Source of the DNA: Gammaproteobacteria bacterium
GTDB taxonomy: Bacteria > Pseudomonadota > Gammaproteobacteria > Burkholderiales > SG8-41
DNA length: 64,000 nt
Direction: 5' to 3'
Assembly (NCBI GenBank): GCA_041483135.1
Contig: JBGPFE010000003.1
Location: 72,563 to 136,562 of the forward strand
The notes under the pieces are model-generated. The model was not told the origin of the DNA and did not search any database. It saw only the letters and a program-made list of their open reading frames with translations. Made by a program: the position numbers and the translations under genes. Positions 52,118 to 62,173 of this stretch are shown here, piece by piece. How positions within the stretch are numbered: position 1 is the stretch's first letter; each line of letters begins with the position of its first letter.

Positions 52118-52415
52118 CAGATCTTCCTTTGGCTGAACCGGAGAGATGTTCTTGTTTTAGCGGGTGGAAATACTAGCACGGTGCGTTAAGCCGCCGTATC
52201 CATTTATTTTATTGCCGGATAAGGCAGGTCGATTCTAAACACCTGCGGGAAGTTCGCAGGACCGGCGATGGGAGTGGCTGAAAAGCCCAGGATTCGTTAC
52301 ATTTCGCCGCATCATCAAGCGCTTGAATCGATGCTATGATAACGCCGGTCGTTTTCAAACCCGCTTGTAATTCTGCGATTCAACAGATGGTTGATTTCCG
52401 GCATCGGGGACTGCG

Positions 52416-53957
52416 GTGCCAGGGTGTTGTCTATTCCTTCGTATGTATATTTTTTATGGCGTCAGCGTGACGCATTGTGATGCGGCCGGTTACGATGGCG
52501 CGAGATTTGCCTACGTTTTTCGCAGGCAGGCCTGGCTGGCGTTGATCGGCTGCATCGGCTTGGTCGCGCCCGCCCAGGCAGACTCGATGTTTGGCGCGAT
52601 CGACCCGCTTAGTACCGACAAGAAAGTGTCGCCGGCGCCAAATCAGAAGTGGGAGCCGACGAAACCGTTGCCCGCGGTCCTGGCGCCGTCCCCTGTTCAG
52701 GAACTTCCGGGCACTGCGCCGCAGACGCTGCCCGAACTCACCGAATTCGCGCTGCGCAACAATCCGAAAACCCGCCAGGCATGGTTTGCCGCACGTGCCG
52801 CGGCCGCCGGCGTCGGCATTGAGGTGGCGGATTTGTTGCCGCAAATTACCTACAACTACACCTCAACCCGCGTCCAGACGTTCTCCGCCACTTCCGGCGC
52901 GCTTGTTTCATGGCAAACGCGCTACGGTCCCTCGGTAAGCCTGAGTTACGTTCTGCTTGATTTCGGCACGCGTGTGAGCCAGATCGAGGCGGCAGAATAT
53001 AAATTGCTGGCGGCCAACCTCACCCAAAATCGCACGCTGCAGGACGTCGTGTTCCAGGTCGAGCAGGCCTATTACCAGTTGCTCGGATTTGAAGCGCTGG
53101 TGCGCACCAACGAGCAATCTCTGCGGAACAACCGGACCGCGTTGGAGGCGGCGGAGAAACGGCGCGAGTCCGGGCTGGCCACGGTTGCCGATGTCTATCG
53201 GGCCGAGACTGCCGTTGCCCAAGCGCAACTTAATCTGATCAAAAGCAAAGGCGATTTCGAGAAAGCGCGTGGCCAGCTGGCAACGGCGGTAGGCCTGCCA
53301 GTCAACGGCACGCTGAAGGTGCAGACGCTGCAGGGACCGCCGCAGATACGCGAGATCACCGAATCAATGAACGATTTGCTCGAACGCGCCAAGCAGCACC
53401 GTCCTGATCTGGTCGCGGCGGAAGCGCAGGCGCGCGCCGCACGCGCGAACGCCAGCGCCGCCGTAAAAGCCGGGCTGCCGACAATCACCGTCAACGGCAG
53501 CGCGGGACACACCATTTTTGCCGACGGCCGCCCGCTGGTGCCGACATACAACCTGACCTTAAACCTGAATGTCCCGATTTTCAACGGTTTTCGCGATACC
53601 TACACCATACGCCAGGCCGAAGCCAATGCTGCGCAAGCGCAGGCTGCGCGCGACGCGCTGTTCAGGCAAACCGAGTTCGATGTATGGCAGGCATACTACG
53701 ACCTGCAGACAGCGACGGGCGGCATCGGCAGCACCGAAGCACAAGTAAAGTCCGCCGAGCAGACTTCTCAAGCCACGCTCGCGCGCTACCAGGCAGGCTT
53801 CGGCAGCATACTCGACCTGATCACGGCGCAGCAGGACGAGTCGAATGCACGCGTGCAGCGCATCCAGTCTTACCTCGACTGGTTTACCGCGCTCGCGCGG
53901 CTTAATTTTTCAATCGGCGTCAACGATATTCTGGCGGCAATGGACAATAAAAAATGA
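52416..53957 (+). CDS. TolC-family outer membrane efflux protein (start uncertain)
   Basis: ALRNNP, AYYQLL, RPDL.AAEA, RYQAGFGSILDL repeats. Upstream of the MFP and RND genes. Confidence 0.9.
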   Translation: MPGCCLFLRMYIFYGVSVTHCDAAGYDGARFAYVFRRQAWLALIGCIGLVAPAQADSMFGAIDPLSTDKKVSPAPNQKWEPTKPLPAVLAPSPVQELPGTAPQTLPELTEFALRNNPKTRQAWFAARAAAAGVGIEVADLLPQITYNYTSTRVQTFSATSGALVSWQTRYGPSVSLSYVLLDFGTRVSQIEAAEYKLLAANLTQNRTLQDVVFQVEQAYYQLLGFEALVRTNEQSLRNNRTALEAAEKRRESGLATVADVYRAETAVAQAQLNLIKSKGDFEKARGQLATAVGLPVNGTLKVQTLQGPPQIREITESMNDLLERAKQHRPDLVAAEAQARAARANASAAVKAGLPTITVNGSAGHTIFADGRPLVPTYNLTLNLNVPIFNGFRDTYTIRQAEANAAQAQAARDALFRQTEFDVWQAYYDLQTATGGIGSTEAQVKSAEQTSQATLARYQAGFGSILDLITAQQDESNARVQRIQSYLDWFTALARLNFSIGVNDILAAMDNKK

Positions 53958-55135
53958 AGCGAATCGTGATGGCGGTATTGTTCTGCGCAATCGGGGGAGT
54001 GATCGCCGGCGGCTATTGGTACTGGCAAAAGTCGGCGAGTGGAGTAACCGCCGACGGCAAAGGCAAGGGCGGGCGCGGCGCGGCGCTGCCGGTAAAAGCG
54101 TCGCGTGCGGTCATGAAGCCGATGCCGGTTCTGATCGAAGCCGTGGGCAACGTCGAGCCCGAGCAGAGCGTGCAGTTGCGGGCCCAGGTGTCGGGCGTGC
54201 TGCAATCGATCCTGTTCAAGGAAGGCGACCACGTCAAAGCGGGGCAGCTGCTGTTCGAAATCGATCCGCGTACTTACCAGGCGCAATACAACCAGGCGCT
54301 TGCCGCGCTCGCGCGCGACCGCGCGCAGCTGGAAAACGCCAAGGTGCAGCAGGAGCGCCTTGAGCCTCTGCTGAAGCGCGAATTCATCACGCGTCAGGAA
54401 TACGACGTCGCGGTGACCTCGAGCAAGTCGCTGGAGGCGACGGTCGAGGCCGATAAGGCGTCCGTCGAGCAGACCAAGATCCAGCTCGAGTTCTCCCGCG
54501 TGCACGCGCCAATTTCCGGACGCACGGGTACCTTGGGCTTCAAGGTCGGCAACGTGATAATTCCGGGCGGCGGCGGCAGCAACCTGGTGACGATCAACAG
54601 CATGGACCCGATCCTGGTGACGTTCAGCGTTCCCGAGCGCCAATTCGAGGAAATCCGCCGCTATCCGGACATGCACATTGAAATCATTCCCGACCGCAGC
54701 GGGCCGGCGGTGTCCGTAGGCAAGCTGATTTTCGTAGACAACACGGTAACGCTGCAGAGCGGTACCGTGATCCTGAAAACGCGCGTCGCCAATGCGCGGG
54801 AAGCGCTGTGGCCTGGCCAGTTCGTGAATGTGCGCATCGTCCTGACCATCGAACCGGAAGCGATCGTGGTGCCCGAAATTGCGGTGCAGCCAGGACAGGA
54901 GAGCAGTTTCGTATATCTCGTCGACGCCGACAGCAAGGTCCGCATCCAGCCGGTCAAGGTGTCGCGCCAGATCGGCGGGGAAGTCGTGCTGGCCAGCGGC
55001 GTCAAGGCGGGGGATGCGGTATTGACGCAAATTCCCCAGGCTTTGCAACCCGGCGCGCTGGTGCAGATCAGCGGCGACGATGGCGCGGGGAAACCCGAAG
55101 GCAAGAAGGGCGGCGCCAAGGCGGAGGGCAAATAG
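53954..55135 (+). CDS. RND efflux periplasmic adaptor (MdtA-like)
   Basis: N-terminal TM, FKEGDHVKAGQLLFEIDPR, APISGR, LWPGQFV. Confidence 0.94.
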   Translation: MKRIVMAVLFCAIGGVIAGGYWYWQKSASGVTADGKGKGGRGAALPVKASRAVMKPMPVLIEAVGNVEPEQSVQLRAQVSGVLQSILFKEGDHVKAGQLLFEIDPRTYQAQYNQALAALARDRAQLENAKVQQERLEPLLKREFITRQEYDVAVTSSKSLEATVEADKASVEQTKIQLEFSRVHAPISGRTGTLGFKVGNVIIPGGGGSNLVTINSMDPILVTFSVPERQFEEIRRYPDMHIEIIPDRSGPAVSVGKLIFVDNTVTLQSGTVILKTRVANAREALWPGQFVNVRIVLTIEPEAIVVPEIAVQPGQESSFVYLVDADSKVRIQPVKVSRQIGGEVVLASGVKAGDAVLTQIPQALQPGALVQISGDDGAGKPEGKKGGAKAEGK

Positions 55136-55137
55136 CG

Positions 55138-58100
55138 ATGAATATCTCGCGCATTTTCATCGAGCGACCGGTGGCGACATCGGTACTGGTGAGCGCGCTC
55201 GCGTTCTTCGGCTGGTTTGCGTTCCAGACGCTGCCGATCAACGATCTGCCGAACGTGGATTTCCCGACGATACGGGTCACCGCCAACCTGCCCGGGGCGA
55301 ATCCGGAGACCATGGCGTCCACCGTCGCGACGCCGCTGGAGCGGAATTTCAGCCAGATCGCCGGCGTCGACTCCATGAGTTCGTCGAGCACCACCGGTAT
55401 CACCACGATCACGCTGCAGTTCAGCCTGTCGCGCGACATCGATGCCGCCGCGCAGGACGTGCAGACGGCGATCGCCGCGGCGATGCGCCTGCTGCCCAAG
55501 GACATCAATCCGCCGACCTTCAGGAAGGTGAACCCCGCCGACTTTCCGGTCCTGATCCTCGCGCTGAGCGCGCAGACCCTGCCGCTGCCGGACCTCGACC
55601 GCTTCGGCGACGCGCATATCGCGCAGCGCCTGTCCATGCTCGACGGGGTCGCTCAGGTGGTCGTGTTCGGCACCCAGAAATACGCGGTGCGTATCTATCT
55701 CGATCCCGAGGCAATCTCCAAGCGCGGGCTGGGCTTCGAGAAAATCGTCGATGCGATTCAGGGCGCGAACAGCAATCTGCCGTCCGGCATGCTGCAAGGA
55801 GCGGGTCGCAATTACACGGTGACATCGTCGGGCAAACTATCGCGCGCGGTCAATTTCCAGAACATGATCGTCGCCTATTCCAACGGCATGCCCGTACGGC
55901 TGTCCGACATCGGGCGCGCGGAGGACAGCGTCCAGAACACCAAGGTCCTTACCTGGTATAACGGTGAGCGCGCAATCATCCTGGCGATCTACCGCCAGCC
56001 CGGATCGAACACGGTGGAAGTCGTGAAATCGATCCGTGCGCTGTTCCCGGACATTCGCGGCGCGGCGCCGCCCGGCGTCAAGATCGAGGTTATCAACGAC
56101 CGCTCGCAGTTCATTCGCGACTCGATCCACGAAGTGAACTTCACGCTGTTGCTCTCGATTTTCCTCGTCGTCATGGTAATCCTGATGTTTCTGCGCAACG
56201 CGACCGCAACCCTGATCACCGCGCTGATCCTGCCGACGTCGGTGTTGGGGACGTTCGCGGCGATGTACCTGCTGGGCTTCAGCCTGAACAACCTGTCCTT
56301 GATGGCATTGACGCTGGCGGTAGGCTTCGTGGTGGACGACGCAATCGTGGTGCTGGAGAACATCACGCGCCATCTCGAGATGGGCAAGACCCGCATGCAG
56401 GCGGCGCTCGAAGGGGCGCAGGAAATCGGCTTTACCGTGCTGTCGATGACTCTTTCGCTTGCCGCCGTGTTCCTGCCGATTCTGTTCATGCAGGGCATTC
56501 TGGGCCGGTTGTTCAAGGAGTTTGCGGTGACGGTCGGCGCGGCCGTACTGATTTCAGGCATCGTCTCGCTGTCGCTGACGCCGATGCTGTGCAGCCTGCT
56601 GCTCAAGCCTCACGGCGAAGGCCATCACGGCAAGGTCTATTACTGGCTCGAAGCGTTTTTCGACAGCGCGCGCGACCTGTATGGCACGACTCTGCGCTGG
56701 ACGATGCACCATCGCGGCCTGATGCTGTCGTTTTCCGCTGTAATCCTCGCGCTGACTTTCGTGCTCTACGGTGCGGTGCCCAAGGGTTTCATCCCGAAGC
56801 AGGACACCGGTCTTATTTACGGCTCGACGCGGGCCCCGGAAGGCGTTACGTTCGACGACCTGTCCGCGCGTCAGAAAGAAGTGGCCGAGATCATTCAGAA
56901 GAACCCCAATGTGGAAGCGGTCATGTCGACCGCAGGCCAGGGATTGGGCGGCGTGTTCGGCGACAACATCGGGCGCGCGATCGTACGCCTGAAACCGCGC
57001 GGCGAACGGAACTTGACGGCAGATGAGGTGATTCAGGATCTGCGCCGCAGCTTGCGCGGCATCGAAGGCATGCGCATTTACTTTCAAAATCCGCCGGCGA
57101 TCCAGATCGGCGGCATCTCCAGCGCAAGTGACTATCAACTCGTGCTGCAGGGCAGCGAGCTGCAGTCGCTATTCAAGCCGGCGCAGGAAATGGAAGCCCG
57201 GCTGCGGGAACAGCCGTATTTGCAGGACGTGAACTCGACCCTCGAACTGCGCAACCCGGAAATCCGCGTCAACATCAAGCGTGACCGCGCGGCGGCTCTG
57301 GGCGTGACCGCGGAGCAGGTCGAGAACGCGCTCTACAATGCCTATGGCGGCCGTCAGATCAGCACCATCTATGGCGCGACGGACCAGTATTACGTGATCC
57401 TCGAGCTCGACCGGCGTTTCCAAACCAACGTCAATGCACTGTCCTCTCTCTACGTGCAAAGTTCTAAAGGTGACATGGTTCCAATTTACGCGGTCGCCGA
57501 CATCAAGATCGGCGTCGGGCCGGTGTCGGTCAACCATTACGGGCAACTGCCCTCCGTGATTCTCTCCTTCAATCTGGCGCCCGGGGTGTCGGTCGGCGAA
57601 GGGATCGACCGCATACGGGAAATGGTGCGTGGGATGCTCCCGAGCGGAGTGACCTATACGTTTGCCGGCAGCGCGAAGGCATTCCAGGACTCCTTCGTAT
57701 CGTTGCCCATTCTGCTGCTGATCACGATCCTGGTCATTTACATGATCCTGGCGATCCTGTACGAACATTACGGGCATCCGCTCACGATCCTGACCGCGCT
57801 GCCATTCGCCGGCTTCGGCGCGCTGCTGATGCTGCTCGTGTTCAGGCAGGAGCTCAATATCTTCAGCTTCGTCGGCATCATTCTGCTGGTGGGACTGGTG
57901 AAGAAGAACGGCATCATGATGGTCGATTTCGCGCTTACGTTGCAGCGCGAGAAAGAGCTTAACGCTGCGGACGCCGTTGTCGAGGCGTGTCTGATCCGCT
58001 TCCGGCCGATTATGATGACGACGATGTCGGCGATCCTCGCGACGCTGCCGATCGCGCTCGGCGTCGGGGCTGGCGCCGAGGCGCGGCGTCCGCTCGGCAT

Positions 58101-58227
58101 CGCGGTCGTCGGCGGGCTGCTCTTCTCGCAGTTCCTGACGCTCTACGTGACGCCGACGTTCTATGTCAGCATGGAACGCGTCATCGAGTTTTTCCGCAAG
58201 CGCAAAACGGTCACGGCAGCAGGATAA
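55138..58227 (+). CDS. RND efflux permease (MdtB/C-like)
   Basis: MNISRIFIERPVAT, GFVVDDAIV, GLVKKNGIM, RFRPIMMTT. Confidence 0.96.
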   Translation: MNISRIFIERPVATSVLVSALAFFGWFAFQTLPINDLPNVDFPTIRVTANLPGANPETMASTVATPLERNFSQIAGVDSMSSSSTTGITTITLQFSLSRDIDAAAQDVQTAIAAAMRLLPKDINPPTFRKVNPADFPVLILALSAQTLPLPDLDRFGDAHIAQRLSMLDGVAQVVVFGTQKYAVRIYLDPEAISKRGLGFEKIVDAIQGANSNLPSGMLQGAGRNYTVTSSGKLSRAVNFQNMIVAYSNGMPVRLSDIGRAEDSVQNTKVLTWYNGERAIILAIYRQPGSNTVEVVKSIRALFPDIRGAAPPGVKIEVINDRSQFIRDSIHEVNFTLLLSIFLVVMVILMFLRNATATLITALILPTSVLGTFAAMYLLGFSLNNLSLMALTLAVGFVVDDAIVVLENITRHLEMGKTRMQAALEGAQEIGFTVLSMTLSLAAVFLPILFMQGILGRLFKEFAVTVGAAVLISGIVSLSLTPMLCSLLLKPHGEGHHGKVYYWLEAFFDSARDLYGTTLRWTMHHRGLMLSFSAVILALTFVLYGAVPKGFIPKQDTGLIYGSTRAPEGVTFDDLSARQKEVAEIIQKNPNVEAVMSTAGQGLGGVFGDNIGRAIVRLKPRGERNLTADEVIQDLRRSLRGIEGMRIYFQNPPAIQIGGISSASDYQLVLQGSELQSLFKPAQEMEARLREQPYLQDVNSTLELRNPEIRVNIKRDRAAALGVTAEQVENALYNAYGGRQISTIYGATDQYYVILELDRRFQTNVNALSSLYVQSSKGDMVPIYAVADIKIGVGPVSVNHYGQLPSVILSFNLAPGVSVGEGIDRIREMVRGMLPSGVTYTFAGSAKAFQDSFVSLPILLLITILVIYMILAILYEHYGHPLTILTALPFAGFGALLMLLVFRQELNIFSFVGIILLVGLVKKNGIMMVDFALTLQREKELNAADAVVEACLIRFRPIMMTTMSAILATLPIALGVGAGAEARRPLGIAVVGGLLFSQFLTLYVTPTFYVSMERVIEFFRKRKTVTAAG

Positions 58228-58272
58228 GTTACGCCCATCGCGGTAATTTTTGCCGGCCATTGCGATTTTGGT

Positions 58273-58302
58273 TTGACGCCACTGGCGTCACGTTGCTATA
58301 AT
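58273..58302 (+). promoter_or_regulatory. Sigma70 promoter of the tRNA gene
   Basis: TTGACG-N18-TATAAT with extended -10 TG, 14 nt upstream of the tRNA. Confidence 0.8.
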
Positions 58303-58316
58303 GAAAACTCATCTGA

Positions 58317-58393
58317 CGCGGGGTGGAGCAGTCTGGCAGCTCGTCGGGCTCATAACCCGAAGGTCATAGGTTCAAATCCTATCCCCGCAACCA
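58317..58393 (+). tRNA. tRNA-Met(CAT), initiator type
   Basis: 77-nt cloverleaf. C1:A72 mismatch, three consecutive G-C pairs in the anticodon stem (TCGGG-CTCATAA-CCCGA), GGTTCAAATCC T-arm, encoded CCA. Confidence 0.97.
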
Positions 58394-58399
58394 AATTCC

Positions 58400-58433
58400 A
58401 TGCCCCGCGCGACCCGCGGGGCATTTTCTTTTT
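58400..58433 (+). terminator. Rho-independent terminator
   Basis: ATGCCCCGCG-cgacc-CGCGGGGCAT followed by TTTCTTTTT. Confidence 0.9.
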
Positions 58434-58477
58434 GGGGTAGTATCCCTGCTTCAATCAGACGAGGCTGAAATACCGTC

Positions 58478-60118
58478 ATGACCGATGCCAAGCGCGGCTA
58501 CCCCGATCTTCACGAGCATCTCGAGGCGCTGAGGAATCAGGGGTTGCTCGTGACCATCGACCGGCCGGTCGACAAGGATGCCGAGCTGCACCCGCTGGTG
58601 CGCTGGCAGTTCGTCGGCGGCATCGAGGAGCACGAGCGCAAGGCTTTTTTGTTCACCAACGTCGTCGACGGCCGCGGCCGCAAGTATGCGATGCCGGTCG
58701 TGGTCGGCGCGCTCGCCGCCAACCGTGCGATCTACGGTGTCGGCATGTGCGCGGCGCTCGAAGAGATACCAGCGAGGTGGGATCACGCCATCGCGCATCC
58801 AGTTGAGCCGCGCATCGTCACGACTGCCGCCTGCCAGGAAGTCGTGATCGAAGGCGCGGCGCTCAAGGGCGAAGGCAACGGGCTTGACCGGCTGCCGATC
58901 CCGATCTCGACGCCGGGCTTCGACAGCGCGCCGACTCTCACCGCGACCAACGTTATCACGCGGGACCCGGAGACCGGGGTGCAGAACCATGGTACTTACC
59001 GCGCCGGGCTCAAGGCACCGGACCGGCTGGTGATCCGCATGGCGACCCGTGTCGGCGGCGCCGGCGGCTATCGTCATTACTTGAAGTACCAGAGCCGCGG
59101 CGACAAGACCATGCCGTGCGCCATCGTGCTGGGCGCGCCGCCTTTTGTCGCGTTCGTGGCGCCGCAGAAGCTGCCGGTCGACGTCGACGAGATCGGGGTC
59201 GCCGGCGGGCTCGCCGGCGGGCCGATCAACGTAGTGCGCGGGCGCACCGTCGATCTTTTGATCCCGGCCGAAGCCGAGATCGTGATCGAAGGGCTGATCG
59301 ACACCGAATACCTCGAACCCGAGGGGCCGTTCGGCGAATCGCACGGCCATGTCGCGCTCGAGGAATACAACATGCCGATGCGGGTCACCGCGATCACTCA
59401 TCGCCGGAATGCGATTGTTGCCTCCTACCTGAGCCAGGTGACACCGAGCGAATCAAGCGCGATGAAGCGCGTCGCCTACGAGCCGATGTTTCTCGCGCAC
59501 CTGCGCAATACGCTGGGCATCCGCGGGGTAAAACGCATCACGCTGCACGAGCGGATGACCGCGCTGCGGCGCGTTGTGGTGGTCACAGTTGAGAAAGGAA
59601 TGCCGCGCACCGAGATCTGGCGGGCGCTCTACGGGGTGACTTCCTTCAGAGCTGATTGCGGGAAAATCTGCATCGCGGTCAACGATGACGTCGATCCCGA
59701 CAACTCGGATGCGATTTTCTGGGCGCTCGCGTTTCGCATGAATCCGGCGACCGACTTGCAGGTGTTGCCTTATCGCAGCCCGGGACACGGCCCGGAACGG
59801 GAACACGAGGCCGAGCGCGAGGACGCCACGTTGCTCATGGACGCAACGATGAAGGAGGATCTGCCGCCCCTCGCTTTGCCGAAGCAGGAGTACATGGAGC
59901 GGGCGAAGAAAGTGTGGGAGGAACTTGGGCTGCCGAAACTGCGCCCGCAGTCGCCCTGGTTCAGCGACTCCCGCGGCGATTGGCTGCCGCAATGGGACGA
60001 AGCGGCGAGGCGCGCGGTCGAGGGCCGTTATCTCGAGAACGGCCGCATCACTGAAAAGCTAAGGCGCAAGGGACTGAAACCCGAGACTAAGTTCCGGCCT
60101 GACAACGAAGGGCAGTGA
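58478..60118 (+). CDS. UbiD-family (prFMN-dependent) decarboxylase
   Basis: LFTNV, NHGTYR, AEIVIEG, EGPFGESHGH, VNDDVDP, WALAFR. Confidence 0.9.
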   Translation: MTDAKRGYPDLHEHLEALRNQGLLVTIDRPVDKDAELHPLVRWQFVGGIEEHERKAFLFTNVVDGRGRKYAMPVVVGALAANRAIYGVGMCAALEEIPARWDHAIAHPVEPRIVTTAACQEVVIEGAALKGEGNGLDRLPIPISTPGFDSAPTLTATNVITRDPETGVQNHGTYRAGLKAPDRLVIRMATRVGGAGGYRHYLKYQSRGDKTMPCAIVLGAPPFVAFVAPQKLPVDVDEIGVAGGLAGGPINVVRGRTVDLLIPAEAEIVIEGLIDTEYLEPEGPFGESHGHVALEEYNMPMRVTAITHRRNAIVASYLSQVTPSESSAMKRVAYEPMFLAHLRNTLGIRGVKRITLHERMTALRRVVVVTVEKGMPRTEIWRALYGVTSFRADCGKICIAVNDDVDPDNSDAIFWALAFRMNPATDLQVLPYRSPGHGPEREHEAEREDATLLMDATMKEDLPPLALPKQEYMERAKKVWEELGLPKLRPQSPWFSDSRGDWLPQWDEAARRAVEGRYLENGRITEKLRRKGLKPETKFRPDNEGQ

Positions 60119-60173
60119 TTGAGTAATTAGGTGATCCGGTGATTTAGGGATAATCACGCAATTACTGAATCAC
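60115..60173. repeat. Palindrome built of 8-nt periodic units
   Basis: Left arm GTGATTGA GTAATTAG GTGATCCG GTGATTTA. Right arm ATAATCAC GCAATTAC TGAATCAC. Confidence 0.75.
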
Positions 60174-61177
60174 TCGGCTTTTATGCCGGCGGCCTTGACC
60201 ACTTTCCTCCACCGCGCGACTTCCGTCTTTATGAGCGCGCTGAATTCGGCGGCAGTATTGCCGACGGGCTCGGAGCCTTCGAGCGCCAGGATGGATTTCA
60301 TCTCTGGCATATGCACGGCTTTGACGGCTTCTGTATTGAGTATCGCGACGATCGGATGAGGTGTCCGCGCCGGCGCGAGCAGACCTATCCATGACGCGTA
60401 CGCATAGCCCGGCACGCCCGACTCCGCAACGGTCGGCACCTCAGGCGCGGCGGCAGTGCGTTTGGTCGTCGTAACCGCGAGCGCGCGCAGCCGGCCGTTT
60501 TTGACGAACGGCAGCGCGGTCGAAATGGTCGCGAAATTTACCTGCACTTCGCCGCCGAGCAGCGCATTCACCGCGAGCCCGCCGCCCTTGTACGGAACGT
60601 GCACGAGCCTGATTCCAGTCATGACCATAAACATTTCCATCGACAGGTGAGTGCCGGTGGCGACCCCGCTCGAGCCGAAATTGAGCTGGCCCGGCCGCGC
60701 TTTCGCGTAATCGATCAATTCCTTGACGGATTTGACCGGCAGCACCGGCTGCACCACGAGGATATTGGGCAGGGAGGAGAGCAGCGTGATCGGCGCGAAA
60801 TCGCGCGCCGGATCGAACGGCAGATCCGGGTGCAGGCTCGGGCTCATCGAAAACGACGCTGCCACCGCGAGCAACGTATAGCCATCCGGCGCGGCCTTCG
60901 CAACGAGGTCGGTGCCGATCACGCTGCCGGCTCCCGGACGGTTGTCGACCACCACGGGCTCCTTGAGCGCGTTAGCCAGCTGTTGCGCGAGCGGGCGGGC
61001 GACGAGGTCCGTGGAGCCGCCCGCGCTCTGCGGCACGATGAGCCGAATCGGTTTCACGGGATAGGTTTGCGCAACGACGGTGCTCGCGTGGATCGCTAAC
61101 GCGGCCGCCGCTGCAGCGAGGACGTAACGACCAACCGCTGTGAAAGCGTTTCGCCGTGGGATCGTATTGGACAACAT
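60170..61177 (-). CDS. Bug/TctC substrate-binding protein
   Basis: YPVKPIRLIVP, DNRPGAG, PDGYTLL, HVPYKGG. Confidence 0.93.
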   Translation of the reverse strand: MLSNTIPRRNAFTAVGRYVLAAAAAALAIHASTVVAQTYPVKPIRLIVPQSAGGSTDLVARPLAQQLANALKEPVVVDNRPGAGSVIGTDLVAKAAPDGYTLLAVAASFSMSPSLHPDLPFDPARDFAPITLLSSLPNILVVQPVLPVKSVKELIDYAKARPGQLNFGSSGVATGTHLSMEMFMVMTGIRLVHVPYKGGGLAVNALLGGEVQVNFATISTALPFVKNGRLRALAVTTTKRTAAAPEVPTVAESGVPGYAYASWIGLLAPARTPHPIVAILNTEAVKAVHMPEMKSILALEGSEPVGNTAAEFSALIKTEVARWRKVVKAAGIKAE

Positions 61178-61207
61178 GCGTCGAGGGCTCTCTGCGTGCG
61201 TGTCCGC

Positions 61208-62173
61208 TTAATCGATGCGAGCGCCCGACTGCTTGATGACTTTTGCCCACTTCACGATTTCCGCTTTAATGTGGGCGGCGAACTGCTCGCGGGTGCCGCC
61301 GACCGGGACCAAGCCATCATCCGTCAGGTGGTTTTTCATGTCCGCTGATTGCATGATCTTCATGGCGTGCGAATTGAGGACGTTGAGTATGTCTTCGGGC
61401 GTGCCCGCCGGCGCGAGCAGGCCGTACCATTGGGCCGATTCGTAGCCGCGCAGCCCCGATTCGGCGATGGTCGGCAGCGCCGGCATGGCCGGCAGCCGCG
61501 CCGCGCTCGTCACGGCGATCGCGCGCAGTCGCCCCGACTTGACATGCGGGCCGGCGTTGATCGCGGGCAGGAACATGACCGGCGTCTCGCCGCTCAGGAT
61601 CCCGATCAATGCCGGTCCCGAGCCGCGGTAAGGGATATGCACCATTCTGACTCCAGCGAGAGTGTTGAAAAGCTCACCGGCGAGGTGCGGCGTGCTGCCG
61701 CTGCCCGAGCCGGCAAAGCCGATTTCGCCGGGCCGCGCTTTGGCGAGCGCGATGAGGTCCTTGACTGATTTCACCGGCAGCGACGGATGCACGACGAGCA
61801 CATTGGGGCCGATTGCCATCAGGCTGATCGGGTCGAAGTCATTGAGCGCGTCATAGCCGGTTTTTGCGTAGAGGCTGGGGTTGGTCACGAAGCCGGCGCC
61901 GGTGAACAGCAGCGTGTAGCCGTCTTTCGGCGACTTCGCGGCCACTTCGGTGCCGATGTTGCCGTTCGCGCCACCGCGGTTCTCGATGACGAATGACTTG
62001 CCGAAGCTTTCAGAGAGTTTTTGCGCGAGCATGCGGCCGGCGCTGTCGACGCCGCCGCCGGCGGGAAACGGGACCAGCATGCGCACCGGACCGCTCGGAT
62101 AGCTTTGCGCTAACGCATGCGAGGCAGCCGCCAGCGCCAGCAATCCCAATGCTTTCGCTATGCGCGTGATCAT
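61208..62173 (-). CDS. Bug/TctC substrate-binding protein
   Basis: Signal peptide MITRIAKALG, YPSGPVRMLVPFPAGG, DGYTLL, HIPYRG. Start overlaps the upstream stop (ATGA). Confidence 0.92.
   Translation of the reverse strand: MITRIAKALGLLALAAASHALAQSYPSGPVRMLVPFPAGGGVDSAGRMLAQKLSESFGKSFVIENRGGANGNIGTEVAAKSPKDGYTLLFTGAGFVTNPSLYAKTGYDALNDFDPISLMAIGPNVLVVHPSLPVKSVKDLIALAKARPGEIGFAGSGSGSTPHLAGELFNTLAGVRMVHIPYRGSGPALIGILSGETPVMFLPAINAGPHVKSGRLRAIAVTSAARLPAMPALPTIAESGLRGYESAQWYGLLAPAGTPEDILNVLNSHAMKIMQSADMKNHLTDDGLVPVGGTREQFAAHIKAEIVKWAKVIKQSGARID

Noticed and set aside
58317-58480. tRNA as an island integration site
   Set aside because: No integrase and no duplicated tRNA 3' end in the window. The native terminator is intact.
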